A stretch of DNA of 64,000 nucleotides from Candidatus Latescibacterota bacterium (GTDB taxonomy: Bacteria > Latescibacterota > UBA2968 > UBA8231). The DNA lies in contig OZ244561.1 of assembly GCA_965217585.1 (NCBI GenBank), positions 704,001-768,000 of the forward strand, given 5' to 3'. The notes under the pieces were generated by a model. The model was not told the origin of the DNA, did not search any database, and worked only from the letters and a program-made list of their open reading frames with translations. Made by a program: the position numbers and the translations under genes. This document shows positions 24,931 through 35,334 of the stretch, piece after piece. How positions within the stretch are numbered: the first letter of the stretch is position 1; each line of letters starts with the position of its first letter.

Positions 24931-27498
24931 ATGAAATTCGTACGCACCATTGTCGTCATCTTCGTTGTACAACTAGCCCAGGATGCCCATGGGCAGATTA
25001 CGGTTTCAGGTACCGTGGTTTCGGATGAAACCGGTGATGCCTTACCAGGCGGAACGGTTGTCATTGAGGGCACATTCATCGGGGCGGTGACGGACCAGGA
25101 TGGGGCCTATTCGATTGACCTTCGGTCTCTGGAGGACATTCTGGTTTTTTCCTTTGTGGGATTCCGGACAAAGCGACTGACGATAAGTCCGGGCGTCACC
25201 ACTCTTGATGTTCGTTTGGAACCGAGCGTCGTCGGACTCGAGGGGATCAGCGTCGTTGCCGAGAAACCCCGGATCTTCGCGAGCAATGTCGTCGCCGAGC
25301 CGATGCTGCTGCAGCAGTCGAACATCACCAGCGTGACGTCGGTGGTCGACAACCTGCCCGGGGTATCCATCCAAGAGGGCGATGCGTACGGCTTCGACGA
25401 CTGGTCGAGCAACGTCGCCGTGCGCGGCTTCCAAGTGACCATCAGCGAGGCGCAGATCGGCACGACCATCGATGGGTTCCCGAACGGTACATCCGACTAC
25501 TTCAGCGGCGCCAAGGCGAACCGGTTCATCGACCCGATGAACCTCGGAGGCGTCGAGGTGTCCCAGGGGACGGCTGACATCGCCTCCCGGTCGGTCGAGG
25601 CGCTGGGCGGCACCTTCAACTACCTGACGGACGATCCGGCGGCCGAGCGGACCTACACTGCGTCGACCACCATCGGCGAGAACGACGGCAAGCGGTTCTA
25701 CATGCGCCTCGACACCGGGCCGCTGTTCGGCAGTGAGACCCGCGCGTGGATCGCCGCGGTCCGACAGGAGGCGACCGACTGGGTGCAGGGTTCGGCGCGG
25801 AACGAACGGGAGCACGTGGCCGCCAAGCTGGTCTCGTCGCACGGGGGCCTCGATCTCACCAGCCATATCTCGTACGACAGCATCCATGAGGACACCTACC
25901 AGCGGCTCTACAGCGAGGGCGACTTCCTGGCCAACCCGCGTTGGGACCGCCTGGTCGGCGACTGGCCTGGCGTCCCATACCTGAACCAGTTCTACCGGCC
26001 CGGCTGGCAGACCCGGCGGAACAACGCGTTCGCCTACCTGAAGGCGGACTGGTCGTTCAACGACGTCACCTCGCTGAGCGGCGGAATCTATTTCCATCGC
26101 AACCGGGGCCGCGGCGATTGGCTGCCCCCCTACATCGTCGACGTCACCGACGGCGGCGGCCCGGAATCGGAGCTGATGGGCCGGACACCGGTGCAGGGCG
26201 GCGCACAGCTCGGGCTGATCCGCTTCGTGAACCGGGACGGTGTCGCAGTCGGACCGACGCCCGAGTGCACGTCGTCCTACATCTTCAACTACTATGGATC
26301 GGGCGGCCCGGAGGTCGACCCTGCGTGTCACCCGGATGCTACTGCGGTGCAGTCGTACCGCCACAGCCACTACGGGAAGGACCGCGTCGGCGTGACGCTC
26401 GACGAGGAGTGGTTCACCACCGTCGGCGCCGCCGGCAGCACGCTGCGCGCCGGCATCTGGTACGAGAACTCGCGGCGGGACCTGGGCCGGGACTGGCATC
26501 AGATGCTGGATCCGACGCTCAGCTTCAAATGGAACGAGCAGGCCTACTGGCACCAGTACGAGTGGGATTTCCCGCAGCGCGTGTTCAAGTGGTACGTCGA
26601 GGAGACGCTCTACGCCGCCCCGTTCACTCTGAGCGGCGGCGTCAAGCAGTTCCTGGTCAGGGTGTCGCGCAAGGACTTGTTTGGCGTCGACCCGGACCTC
26701 GTGGCCGATTCCGATTCGAAACTGCTCGTCTCCGGCGGCGTCACGTACGAGACGCCGGTCGAGGGCCTGCACCTTTTCGGCGGATATGTCGAAAATTTCA
26801 GGGCGATCAGCAGCACACTCCTCGAGGTGCCAGGACGGAGCCTCGAGGAGCTCGAACCGGAAACCGCCTCAAACATCGATGTGGGGCTACAGTATACCGG
26901 GGACTGGGTTGCGCTCGGTGCCACTGGATACGTCGTCGATTTTCAGAACCGGATTTTCTACCTCGGCCCGCAAACGACGGCCGGTCCCAACTACCTCATC
27001 CCGGGCGGTGGTGCCTATTTCAACGCCGGCGGCATCCACACGAACGGCTTCGAGTTCTCAGCAACGGTGCGGATGCCGCAGCAGATATCCTTCTACACGG
27101 CCTACACATTCAACAACTCGGAGTACATCGGGAGCGGTGATCCCCTCGTCGACGCAAGCCAGAATATCGTTGCGGAGACTGACGTCACTGGCGTACCGGA
27201 CAAGCTGTGGGTCGTCTCGCTTGATCGGACCGGGCCTCTCCGCACGGGACTGACGGCCAAGTACACATCGCCGCGGCGTGTCAGCCTGACGGCCGACTGG
27301 CACACAGACGCCTATTGGATGGTGGACGCGTATGTCAGTTTCTCAGGCGAGGCGCTGGGTCCCTTGCTCCGGTCGACGGAGTTCTCGATCGTGGCGAACA
27401 ATCTGCTCGACAAGGCCTATCTGTCCGCCATCACCGAGAACGCGGCCTGGCTCGGCGCGCCGCGGACGGTTTCAATGACCGCGACTGTTTCGTTCTAA
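24931..27498 (+). CDS. TonB-dependent receptor with N-terminal carboxypeptidase-regulatory-like domain
   Basis: VSGTVV..ETG..LPG and FSFVGF in the N-domain, plug motifs NLPGV/VRGF/IDGFP, and C-terminal NNLLDKAY...GAPRT...SF. Confidence 0.92.
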   Translation: MKFVRTIVVIFVVQLAQDAHGQITVSGTVVSDETGDALPGGTVVIEGTFIGAVTDQDGAYSIDLRSLEDILVFSFVGFRTKRLTISPGVTTLDVRLEPSVVGLEGISVVAEKPRIFASNVVAEPMLLQQSNITSVTSVVDNLPGVSIQEGDAYGFDDWSSNVAVRGFQVTISEAQIGTTIDGFPNGTSDYFSGAKANRFIDPMNLGGVEVSQGTADIASRSVEALGGTFNYLTDDPAAERTYTASTTIGENDGKRFYMRLDTGPLFGSETRAWIAAVRQEATDWVQGSARNEREHVAAKLVSSHGGLDLTSHISYDSIHEDTYQRLYSEGDFLANPRWDRLVGDWPGVPYLNQFYRPGWQTRRNNAFAYLKADWSFNDVTSLSGGIYFHRNRGRGDWLPPYIVDVTDGGGPESELMGRTPVQGGAQLGLIRFVNRDGVAVGPTPECTSSYIFNYYGSGGPEVDPACHPDATAVQSYRHSHYGKDRVGVTLDEEWFTTVGAAGSTLRAGIWYENSRRDLGRDWHQMLDPTLSFKWNEQAYWHQYEWDFPQRVFKWYVEETLYAAPFTLSGGVKQFLVRVSRKDLFGVDPDLVADSDSKLLVSGGVTYETPVEGLHLFGGYVENFRAISSTLLEVPGRSLEELEPETASNIDVGLQYTGDWVALGATGYVVDFQNRIFYLGPQTTAGPNYLIPGGGAYFNAGGIHTNGFEFSATVRMPQQISFYTAYTFNNSEYIGSGDPLVDASQNIVAETDVTGVPDKLWVVSLDRTGPLRTGLTAKYTSPRRVSLTADWHTDAYWMVDAYVSFSGEALGPLLRSTEFSIVANNLLDKAYLSAITENAAWLGAPRTVSMTATVSF

Positions 27499-27630
27499 GC
27501 GGAGCACGAAGGGGCAAAAATCTAGGTGGCGTGCAGACCCAGCGTCTGCTCTACCTCAAGTAGGTCCCGCCCGTCGTTATAGGTTGGAGCCGAAGCCCCG
27601 CGAGGATGCGAGAACCCGGTCCCAAATGAC

Positions 27631-27659
27631 TTGCGCCCCGTGGCCCAAGCAAATAGTAT
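27631..27659 (+). promoter_or_regulatory. Putative sigma70 promoter
   Basis: TTGCGC-17 bp-TAGTAT upstream of 27702. Confidence 0.4.
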
Positions 27660-27701
27660 AGACCGCGACCCAGCAGACGCAGCCAAGCATAGGGAAGAGA
27701 C

Positions 27702-28436
27702 ATGAAGAAGAAACTTTTCATCACCGGCGCCGCCGGCAAAGTCGGGTCTGGCCTGCGCCGTCACCTCAAAGACCGCTACGACTTCCGCCTGCTCTTCCAC
27801 CGCAACATCCCCCCGGTCGAACCAAACGAAGAAATCGTAGTCTCCGACCTCGCCAACTTCGAAAACATGGTCGAGGCCTGCGAAGGCATCGACACCATCG
27901 TCCACCTCGGCATCGCTATCGTCCAGCGGGGCTATCCGCGCACGCGTTACAACCAGATGATCATGGAGACCAATATCCAGGGCACCTACAACATCTTTGA
28001 GGCCGCCCGCATCAACAAGGTCCCGGTCGTCGTCTTTGCCAGCACCAACCACGTAACGGGTTTCTACGAGCAAGAAGGCATCTACACCACCCCCGACATG
28101 CCGATCCGCCCCGACAGCATGTACGGCGTCAGCAAGGCCTTCGGCGAAGCGCTCGGCCGCTTCTACTACGACGAGTACGGCATCTCCTCCTATTGCCTCC
28201 GCATCGCCAACTACCCGGACACCGAGGAAATCAACAGCACCTATCCCCCCGGTGAAAACCGCTGGCTCAGCGCCCGCGATGTCTCCGAGCTGACCGCCTG
28301 CTGCATCGAGGCCCCCCGGCCCCAATTCGGCATCTTGTACGCAGTCTCGCAGGGCGCGGACAAAAAGTGGGACCTGGCCAACGCCAAAGAACTCGTCGGC
28401 TGGGAGCCCCAAGACCGCGGCGCGCCCTCGCCGTGA
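27702..28436 (+). CDS. NAD-dependent epimerase/dehydratase (uronate dehydrogenase-like)
   Basis: ITGAAGKVG, FASTNH and YGVSK motifs. Confidence 0.88.
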   Translation: MKKKLFITGAAGKVGSGLRRHLKDRYDFRLLFHRNIPPVEPNEEIVVSDLANFENMVEACEGIDTIVHLGIAIVQRGYPRTRYNQMIMETNIQGTYNIFEAARINKVPVVVFASTNHVTGFYEQEGIYTTPDMPIRPDSMYGVSKAFGEALGRFYYDEYGISSYCLRIANYPDTEEINSTYPPGENRWLSARDVSELTACCIEAPRPQFGILYAVSQGADKKWDLANAKELVGWEPQDRGAPSP

Positions 28437-29083
28437 CCAACGTGGCCGACTTGGGCGGCGGCTACGCAGAGTCCGCACCCGACCCCGGCCCCACCATAGC
28501 AGCCCTCCTCCAAGCCGCCCGCCCCGGCAGCCCGTCTTCCCGCCTCGTGGTCTTGGGCGGGCCGCCCGGCGTCGGCAAAACTGCCGTCGCCCAAGCTCTT
28601 CTCGCGCTCTACCCAAATACCTTCCTCCTCGACAAAGACCAAACGGCCGCTGGTTTTATCCTCGAAGCGGCCGCGCTGCGGGGTGACGCGCCCGATGCGG
28701 CCTACGGCACTCCGCACTACTGGCAAAAGCTCCGTCCCCTCGAATATGCCAGCTCCCTCGCCGCAGCTTGCGCTAACCTCGTCGGCACCCGCCAAGTCCT
28801 CCTCGTCGGCGGCTTTGGCCCCGAGCTAGGCGTGGACGCCCTCTGGGAAGGGCTAGCCGCAAACATCGCCCCAGCCACCCTCTGCGTCCTCCACCTCGAT
28901 CCGCCACCCCTGGACATTTGGTGCGCCCGCATGGCCAGCCGCGGCTCTCGCGCCGACGCTCCCTACTTTGCCAATCTCACGCGGGCCCTCGGCAGTCTTC
29001 CCGTCTGGGCCGGGGCCGTCCGCATCCCGACCGACGGCCCCCTGCACTCAGTCGTCCAACACACCCTCAACGCCCTCGGCTGA
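28433..29083 (+). CDS. P-loop kinase/AAA family protein
   Basis: GPPGVGKT and LLDKD motifs; the GTG start overlaps the upstream stop. Confidence 0.75.
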   Translation: MTNVADLGGGYAESAPDPGPTIAALLQAARPGSPSSRLVVLGGPPGVGKTAVAQALLALYPNTFLLDKDQTAAGFILEAAALRGDAPDAAYGTPHYWQKLRPLEYASSLAAACANLVGTRQVLLVGGFGPELGVDALWEGLAANIAPATLCVLHLDPPPLDIWCARMASRGSRADAPYFANLTRALGSLPVWAGAVRIPTDGPLHSVVQHTLNALG

Positions 29084-29148
29084 AGGCGCGGGGCCGTGTG
29101 CGCCACGGTTGACTTTTCTCGGTTTTGCCCTTTATTTCTTAGGATGTT

Positions 29149-29652
29149 ATGTTAATCGTTCACAGTGCCTTAGGCTACTGCGTTCTCCTTGTCATAGCCT
29201 ATCTCAGCGGCCGCCGCACCCGCTCCATTCCCTGGAAAACCATCGGCGTGGCCACGGTGCTCCAGCTCTTGCTAGCCGCCATCCTGCTGCAACCAGCCAT
29301 TCGCTCGCTGGTGTTTGGTCTCGCCAGCGACTTGACGACCCTGCTCAAAAAAACCGCGCTTACCGCCAATAAGTCTCTGTTGTTTAGCGGCATGAGCGCG
29401 GAGTCGTTCGCCCGCGAGCACGGGCCGGTGGTCGCTCTCGAAATCGCGGCGATCCTCATCTTTGTGGCCTCGCTTTCGCGCGTGCTCTACCACTACCGGC
29501 TCCTGCCTTGGGTCATCGCCCGGCTCAGCCGGTTCATGCAGAAGTCAATGGGCATCAGCTCCGCCGAGAGCGTCGGCACGACCAAAGCCCCGCTCCTGGC
29601 TATACCCGTGAAACTCAGTGGCACTTTGGGCGTTATATATTATTTAGACTGA
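29149..29652 (+). pseudogene. Truncated NupC/CNT nucleoside transporter
   Basis: LGYCVLLVIAYLS, LIFVASLSRVLYHY and MGISSAES motifs. Similarity ends near 29577, and 167 aa is far short of about 400 aa. Confidence 0.75.
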
Positions 29653-29664
29653 AGCGGAAAGCAC

Positions 29665-29913
29665 ATGACTACCAAAAAGACGACATATCGCGCCCGGTTT
29701 GACGGTCACCGACGGCTCGCCGCCGCGGTCATCATCCAAGCCGTCAAAGACGTCCAGACCACAGATTGCAATCAGGAGCGACAGACGGCTATCGACTTCC
29801 TCAAAGGGGACATGTGGCCCTTTTCCGACGTGCTCGACCTGCCTTTAGACGGTCGCGCCCTCTGCGAGTACCTACGCACTATGGAGAGGACTTCCGCCGA
29901 ATCCCTCAGCTGA
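29665..29913 (+). CDS. Small hypothetical protein (phage-like L.AAVI.QA.KD motif)
   Basis: 82-aa ORF containing RRLAAAVIIQAVKD. Confidence 0.55.
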   Translation: MTTKKTTYRARFDGHRRLAAAVIIQAVKDVQTTDCNQERQTAIDFLKGDMWPFSDVLDLPLDGRALCEYLRTMERTSAESLS

Positions 29914-29967
29914 CCTGCGGCAGAAGCGGTATCCCCCGTGGCGCATCTAACCCGGAGACGATCCCTC

Positions 29968-30780
29968 ATGGAACTTTCGCCCGCGCAGATCAGCTTCTTC
30001 AAGACCTTCGGCTACCTCTACTTCCCGCGGCTTTTTGCCCCCGACGAGATCGCTTGGATCACCGAGGAGTTTGAGCTCTCCATCCAAGCCTGTGGCAACG
30101 GTGCCCAACACGACGGCACCAAGCGCACCATGTTCGGCGGCCCCATCGAGCACCGCGAGCGACTTTGCACCCTCGTAGACGACGAGCGCATCGTCGGGAT
30201 CTGCAACGGCGTCCTCGGCGCGAACTTCAACTATGCCAGCGGTGACGGCAACTACTACAGCGGCGATACCGGCTGGCACCCCGATGGCAGTTGGGGCCAG
30301 CTTTTCTCGGTCAAAATCGCTTTCTATCTAGACGACCTGACCCGCGACACGGGCTGTATGCGGGTGCTCCCCGGCAGCCACCACCCCAACCACTTCGTCC
30401 GCGCCGAGGGCATTGATCTCAACCGGTCCATGGAGCTGTTCGGTGTCGAGCCGCGCGATGTTCCCGGCAACCTCGCGCTCGAGACGACCCCCGGCGACCT
30501 CGTCATCTTCAACCACGACCTCTATCACGCCTCCTTCGGCGGCGACCAGCGGCGGCGCATGTTTACCATGAACCTCACCCGCCCCTGCACCAACGATGCG
30601 GACCGGGCCACCCTCAAAGACTATCTCCGTCGGCACTCGCCCGGCGGCTACCAAGTTGTCACCGGCGGCGGCATGTTCTATCCCACCATGCTCGATACCG
30701 CCGGCCCGGAGCGCGTGGTTCACCTGCGCCAATGCGCCGAAGTCCACGACGAGCTCTTCCCAGAACTGGCACGGCATTGA
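29968..30780 (+). CDS. PhyH-family Fe(II)/2OG dioxygenase
   Basis: FKTFGYL, WHPD, LPGSH, PGDLVIFNHDLYH and RRMF motifs. Confidence 0.88.
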   Translation: MELSPAQISFFKTFGYLYFPRLFAPDEIAWITEEFELSIQACGNGAQHDGTKRTMFGGPIEHRERLCTLVDDERIVGICNGVLGANFNYASGDGNYYSGDTGWHPDGSWGQLFSVKIAFYLDDLTRDTGCMRVLPGSHHPNHFVRAEGIDLNRSMELFGVEPRDVPGNLALETTPGDLVIFNHDLYHASFGGDQRRRMFTMNLTRPCTNDADRATLKDYLRRHSPGGYQVVTGGGMFYPTMLDTAGPERVVHLRQCAEVHDELFPELARH

Positions 30781-30811
30781 CGACCAGCCCACCTGTGCAG
30801 ATATTTTTTAC

Positions 30812-30887
<76 letters not shown>

Positions 30888-30893
30888 TCTTTG

Positions 30894-30930
30894 CCAAGGG
30901 GTTGCGGACGCCGAATCCGCAACCCCTTGG
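30894..30930 (+). terminator. 15-bp perfect hairpin after the tRNA (terminator or processing signal)
   Basis: CCAAGGGGTTGCGGA / TCCGCAACCCCTTGG; no clear U-tract. Confidence 0.55.
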
Positions 30931-31041
30931 GCTGTGAATTCGCGCCTTCCCATCGCCCTGCCCCATCCTTGACATCTCGCAGTTCAGAACATAAAATAGC
31001 CTCTCGTTTCAGCCGCCTGAACACCTCCCATCCCTATCGCC

Positions 31042-31863
31042 ATGGCCAACTCCATAGCCAAACTGGAAAAAGCATTCCGACGCGATCCGGATTCCCCGCG
31101 CTTTGCTCGCCTCGCCGATCTCTATCTCAAGCGCGGGCGCATTGAGCGCGCCCTCGAGCTTTGCCAAAAGGGCTGTGCGAGTTTTCCCGATTACGCCACC
31201 GGCTTTATCGTCCTCAGCAAGTGCTATGAGAAACGGGGGGCCATGGAAGAAGCGCGCGAGGCCATGGGGCAAGCCCTGCGGCTCGACCCGGAAAACCCCA
31301 GCGGCTACAAACGACTCGCCCACCTCTTTGAACAGCTTGGCGTCACGCCGCTGGTCTTGCAGAGTCTGCGCCAAGCCGCGTACCTCGACCCTTTCGACGC
31401 CTCCCTAGCAGAGCAAATTGACCGCTTCACTAGCCAAACCCGCCAAAGTGAGCCCGATGAGCCCGAACCCAAAGAGTTCGTCGCCAGCGCGGCCCCGAAG
31501 GCTCTCGGCACCGAAGCCACTCAGCCCCAAGCTCTGTCGCCGAACCGGCCGCCAGAAGACCGCGACGACCTGTACGGCGACGCCAACGACAGCGAATTGC
31601 TCCGCCTCTTGCAGGAAATCGAAGAGGAGAAAGCCGCCAAACCGGTGCCCGCACCCGAAGAGCCACCCACCCCGGCTGCCAACGAGCCTAGCACACCGAA
31701 AAGCAAGCGCATCGCCACTATGACGCTGGCTGAGATCTACACTACTCAGGGCTTGACCCAGAAGGCGATCGAAACGTATCGCGAGCTCCTCGAACAGGAG
31801 CCAACCAACACCATCATCCGCAGCAAGCTGGCTGCGCTAGAAAAAAGCAGCAGCAAGCACTAA
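31042..31863 (+). CDS. TPR protein
   Basis: DPDSPRFARLADLY, TPR helices and C-terminal TMTLAEIYTTQG. Confidence 0.85.
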   Translation: MANSIAKLEKAFRRDPDSPRFARLADLYLKRGRIERALELCQKGCASFPDYATGFIVLSKCYEKRGAMEEAREAMGQALRLDPENPSGYKRLAHLFEQLGVTPLVLQSLRQAAYLDPFDASLAEQIDRFTSQTRQSEPDEPEPKEFVASAAPKALGTEATQPQALSPNRPPEDRDDLYGDANDSELLRLLQEIEEEKAAKPVPAPEEPPTPAANEPSTPKSKRIATMTLAEIYTTQGLTQKAIETYRELLEQEPTNTIIRSKLAALEKSSSKH

Positions 31864-31873
31864 TGGGAGCGAT

Positions 31874-32431
31874 ATGGCAGACACCACGGATTTTAGAAAC
31901 GGTTTTACCATGTCCCTCGACGGCGAGATATTCTCCATCGTCGAGTTTCAGCACGTCAAACCAGGCAAGGGCAGCGCCTTCGTACGCACCAAGCTCAAAA
32001 ATACCAAGACCGGTGCCGTGCTCGACCGCACCTTCCGCTCGGGCGACAAGGTCGAGGCAGTCCGGCTCGAAAAGCGCCAGATGCAATACCTGTATTCCGA
32101 CCAAGGGCTGTACTACTTCATGGACTTGGACACCTACGATCAGATCCCGGTGTCCGCAGAGATCGTCGGCGCGGCAAGCAACCTCCTCAAAGAAAGCGAG
32201 AACGCTTTCCTCCTCATAGCGGGCGAGGAGGTCGTCGCCGTTGACCTACCCAACTTCGTATCCCTGGCCGTCACCCACACCGAACCGGGTATCAAGGGCG
32301 ACACCGCCACTGGCGCGGTCAAGCCAGCTACCCTAGAGACCGGCTACGTGGTGCAAGTGCCGCTCTTTGTCAATAAGGGCGACCGGCTCAAGGTCGATAC
32401 CCGCACTGGCGAATACGTAGAGCGCGTTTGA
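31874..32431 (+). CDS. efp: Elongation factor P
   Basis: HVKPGKG, KPATLETG and VDTRTGEY motifs. Confidence 0.97.
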   Translation: MADTTDFRNGFTMSLDGEIFSIVEFQHVKPGKGSAFVRTKLKNTKTGAVLDRTFRSGDKVEAVRLEKRQMQYLYSDQGLYYFMDLDTYDQIPVSAEIVGAASNLLKESENAFLLIAGEEVVAVDLPNFVSLAVTHTEPGIKGDTATGAVKPATLETGYVVQVPLFVNKGDRLKVDTRTGEYVERV

Positions 32432-32449
32432 GAAAGGACGACATCTCCT

Positions 32450-32896
32450 GTGAACGAAGGCAAGCTGCGCAAACTGCTAGAGCTTTTCCACGATAGCGAC
32501 ATAGAAGAGTTAGAGATCCAAACCAGCTTCTGGCACGGCACGCGCATCCGCCTGACCCGCAGCCCTGCGCCCGCACCAGTGGCACCCGCCGCGCCCATGC
32601 CCATCGCACCCACCGCGCCCACTGAGCCAGTACCCACCGAAAAGACCGATGACGGCCTGCACGAGGTCCTCTCACCCATGGTCGGCACGTTTTACCGGGC
32701 TACCTCGCCCGAGGCCGACCCCTTTGTGGGCGAGGGCCAGCGCGTCGAAAGCGGCCAGACCCTCTGCATTATCGAAGCCATGAAGATCATGAACGAGATT
32801 CCAGCGGATATCCAAGGCGAAGTAGTCGAAATCCTCGTCGGCGACGCCCAGCCCGTTGAGTACAATCAAGCCCTGTTCAAAATTCGCCCCAGCTAA
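32450..32896 (+). CDS. accB: Acetyl-CoA carboxylase biotin carboxyl carrier protein
   Basis: SPMVGTFY and EAMK motifs. Confidence 0.96.
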   Translation: MNEGKLRKLLELFHDSDIEELEIQTSFWHGTRIRLTRSPAPAPVAPAAPMPIAPTAPTEPVPTEKTDDGLHEVLSPMVGTFYRATSPEADPFVGEGQRVESGQTLCIIEAMKIMNEIPADIQGEVVEILVGDAQPVEYNQALFKIRPS

Positions 32897-32903
32897 GACG
32901 GCT

Positions 32904-34238
32904 GTGTTCGAGAAAGTCCTCATCGCCGACCGCGGCGAAATCGCGTTGCGCGTCATTCGCGCCTGCCAAGAGATGGGCATTGCGACAGTGGCCGTCCACT
33001 CCCAAGCCGACACCCACTCCCTGCACGTGTCCTTTGCCGACGAGGACGTCTGCATCGGGCCGGCGGCCGGCAAGGACAGCTACCGCAACATTGTCAATAT
33101 CATCAGCGCCGCCGAACTGACCAACGCCGACGCGATCCACCCCGGCTACGGCCCCTTGGCCGAAAACGCCGATTTCTCCGAGATCTGCGCCGATTGCGGG
33201 ATCCAGTTCATCGGCCCGCCGACCACGGCTATCCGCAAGATGGGCGATAAGGCCGTCGCCCGTCACACTATGCAGGAGGCCGGCGTGCCCGTAGTGCCGG
33301 GCAGCGAGGGCGCACTCCAGTCGCTGGACGACACCCGTCAATGGGCGAAAAAGATCGGCTTCCCGCTGCGTCTCAAGGCCGCCGCTGGCGGTGGCGGGCG
33401 CGGTATGAGGGTCGTCCGCAGCATGGATGAATTAGAGGAAGCCTATCAGATGGCGCGCCGCGAAGCACGCACCGCCTTTACCAGCGACGCCGTGTACATG
33501 GAGCGCTCCATCGAAGAGGCGCGCCACATCGAAATCCAAGTCCTCGGCGACCAGCACGGGCACCTCGTCCATCTCGGCGAGCGCGAATGTTCCATCCAGC
33601 GTCGGCACCAGAAGCTCTTGGAAGAAAGCCCCTCGCCAGTAGTTGACGCCGACTTGCGCCAGCGGCTCGGCGAGTCCACCCTCGCCGGCGCAGCGGCCGT
33701 CGGCTACTACAGCGCGGGCACCATTGAGTTCCTCGTCGATTCAGACCACAACTTCTACTTCATGGAGATGAATACCCGCATCCAAGTCGAACATCCCGTC
33801 ACCGAGATGGTCACTGGCATCGACTTAGTCGGGGAACAGATCCGCATCGCGGCCGGCGAATCCCTGAATTTTGGCCAAGAGGACATCCAGCTCAAAGGGC
33901 ACGCCATTGAGTGCCGGATCAACGCCGAGGATCCCGCGCGCAACTTCATTCCCTCTTCGGGCATCATCGAGGCCCTCCACCTGCCGGGCGGACCCGGCGT
34001 CCGCATCGATAGCCACATCTACCAAGGCTACGAGATTCCTCCTTATTACGACTCCCTGCTGGCCAAAATCATCGCCTACGGCCCCGACCGCCAAGGTGCC
34101 ATGGCGCGGATGCGTCGAGTCTTAGGGGAATGCACAATAGAAGGCGTGGCCACCACCCTGCCCTTTCACCAAACCCTACTCAACGAACCCGACTTTATCG
34201 CTGGGCAGTTTGACACCAACTACGTAGCCAACGCGTAG
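32904..34238 (+). CDS. accC: Biotin carboxylase
   Basis: [27 protein letters not shown] and [10 protein letters not shown] motifs. Confidence 0.96.
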   Translation: MFEKVLIADRGEIALRVIRACQEMGIATVAVHSQADTHSLHVSFADEDVCIGPAAGKDSYRNIVNIISAAELTNADAIHPGYGPLAENADFSEICADCGIQFIGPPTTAIRKMGDKAVARHTMQEAGVPVVPGSEGALQSLDDTRQWAKKIGFPLRLKAAAGGGGRGMRVVRSMDELEEAYQMARREARTAFTSDAVYMERSIEEARHIEIQVLGDQHGHLVHLGERECSIQRRHQKLLEESPSPVVDADLRQRLGESTLAGAAAVGYYSAGTIEFLVDSDHNFYFMEMNTRIQVEHPVTEMVTGIDLVGEQIRIAAGESLNFGQEDIQLKGHAIECRINAEDPARNFIPSSGIIEALHLPGGPGVRIDSHIYQGYEIPPYYDSLLAKIIAYGPDRQGAMARMRRVLGECTIEGVATTLPFHQTLLNEPDFIAGQFDTNYVANA

Positions 34239-34269
34239 CGGTCGTCTTAAACAAGCACGAGAGGCGATT

Positions 34270-34662
34270 ATGAGCCAGACCCAGATCCCCGAGCACTTGA
34301 TCTACTCGGAAAGCCACGAATGGCTTCTACTAGAAAGCGACATTGCCACCATCGGCGTTACAGATTTCGCCCAAACCGAGTTGGGAGACATAGTATTCGC
34401 CGAGTTGCCCGAGGTGGGTGAACACCTCGAAAGGGACGAAACCTTTGGCACGCTTGAGGCGGTTAAGACCGTCGCCGACCTCATCGCCCCGGCTTCCGGC
34501 GAGGTGCTAGAAGTCAACGACAGCCTCGCGGAAGGGGCCGAACAGATCAACCAAGACCCTTATGGCGGCGGTTGGCTGCTCAAGATCCGCATCGACGACG
34601 CTGCGGACTTGGAGCACTTGCTCAGCGCCCAAGAGTACGCCGACCTGCTCGCCAACCACTGA
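34270..34662 (+). CDS. gcvH: Glycine cleavage system H protein
   Basis: HEW, GVTDFAQTELGD, EAVK and DPYGGGW motifs. Confidence 0.96.
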   Translation: MSQTQIPEHLIYSESHEWLLLESDIATIGVTDFAQTELGDIVFAELPEVGEHLERDETFGTLEAVKTVADLIAPASGEVLEVNDSLAEGAEQINQDPYGGGWLLKIRIDDAADLEHLLSAQEYADLLANH

Positions 34663-34817
34663 CATCGCGCTTGCACTTGTTTATTGTAAATACGCTTTTT
34701 ATAAGGAATACAAATTGTATCGTGGGAGGGTGAAGCTGTAAAATAAATCCAATCCCGAGGGTTGGAACATGCCAAAAGTAGCTTAAATTTAATTAGCTCT
34801 ACACCGCGGATAGACCC

Positions 34818-35321
34818 TTGCTGGAAAGAACCGTACTCGTCCTCAATCAAAACTACGAGCCCCTGAGCGTGTGCAGCGTGCGCCGGGCCTTGTTGCTGAT
34901 TTTGCGTGGGAAGGCCGAAGCCGTCGAGAAGATGGGTGAGGTGATCCATTCGATCTCCCAAGAGTATCCGGTGCCCAGCGTCGTCCGCCTCGGGCGCTAC
35001 ATCCGCGCCCCGCGCCGACGGGTCGTGCTTTCCAAGCGCAATATCCTCAAGCGCGACAACCACCAGTGCCAGTACTGCGGCAGCAAAGACGGCAAGCTGA
35101 CGGTCGATCACATCGTGCCGCGCACCAAAGGGGGCCAAGGGACTTGGGAAAACCTCGTCTGTGCCTGCGCCTTGTGCAATAACAAGAAAGGCGAACACCG
35201 GCCCGAGCAGGTCGGCCTCGCGTTGCGCACCAAACCCAAGCGCCCCAACAACGTGAGCTTCATCCGCAACTTCGTCGGCATCGACGATCAGCGCTGGAAA
35301 CCGTATCTTTTTATCGACTAA
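34818..35321 (+). CDS. HNH endonuclease
   Basis: VLVLNQNYEP, RDNHQCQYCG, TVDHIVP and CNNKKG motifs. Confidence 0.92.
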   Translation: MLERTVLVLNQNYEPLSVCSVRRALLLILRGKAEAVEKMGEVIHSISQEYPVPSVVRLGRYIRAPRRRVVLSKRNILKRDNHQCQYCGSKDGKLTVDHIVPRTKGGQGTWENLVCACALCNNKKGEHRPEQVGLALRTKPKRPNNVSFIRNFVGIDDQRWKPYLFID

Positions 35322-35334
35322 GGCAGGCGCTCTC

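Noticed and set aside
25042-26772. 576-aa antisense ORF
   Set aside because: It is a shadow of the GC-rich TonB-dependent receptor and has no motifs.
32904-32945. accC ADRGEIA instead of ANRGEIA
   Set aside because: It is a single substitution and all other catalytic motifs are intact.
34818-35321. HNH as a homing endonuclease or Cas-associated nuclease
   Set aside because: It is an ordinary stand-alone HNH family member with no intron, repeats or cas genes.
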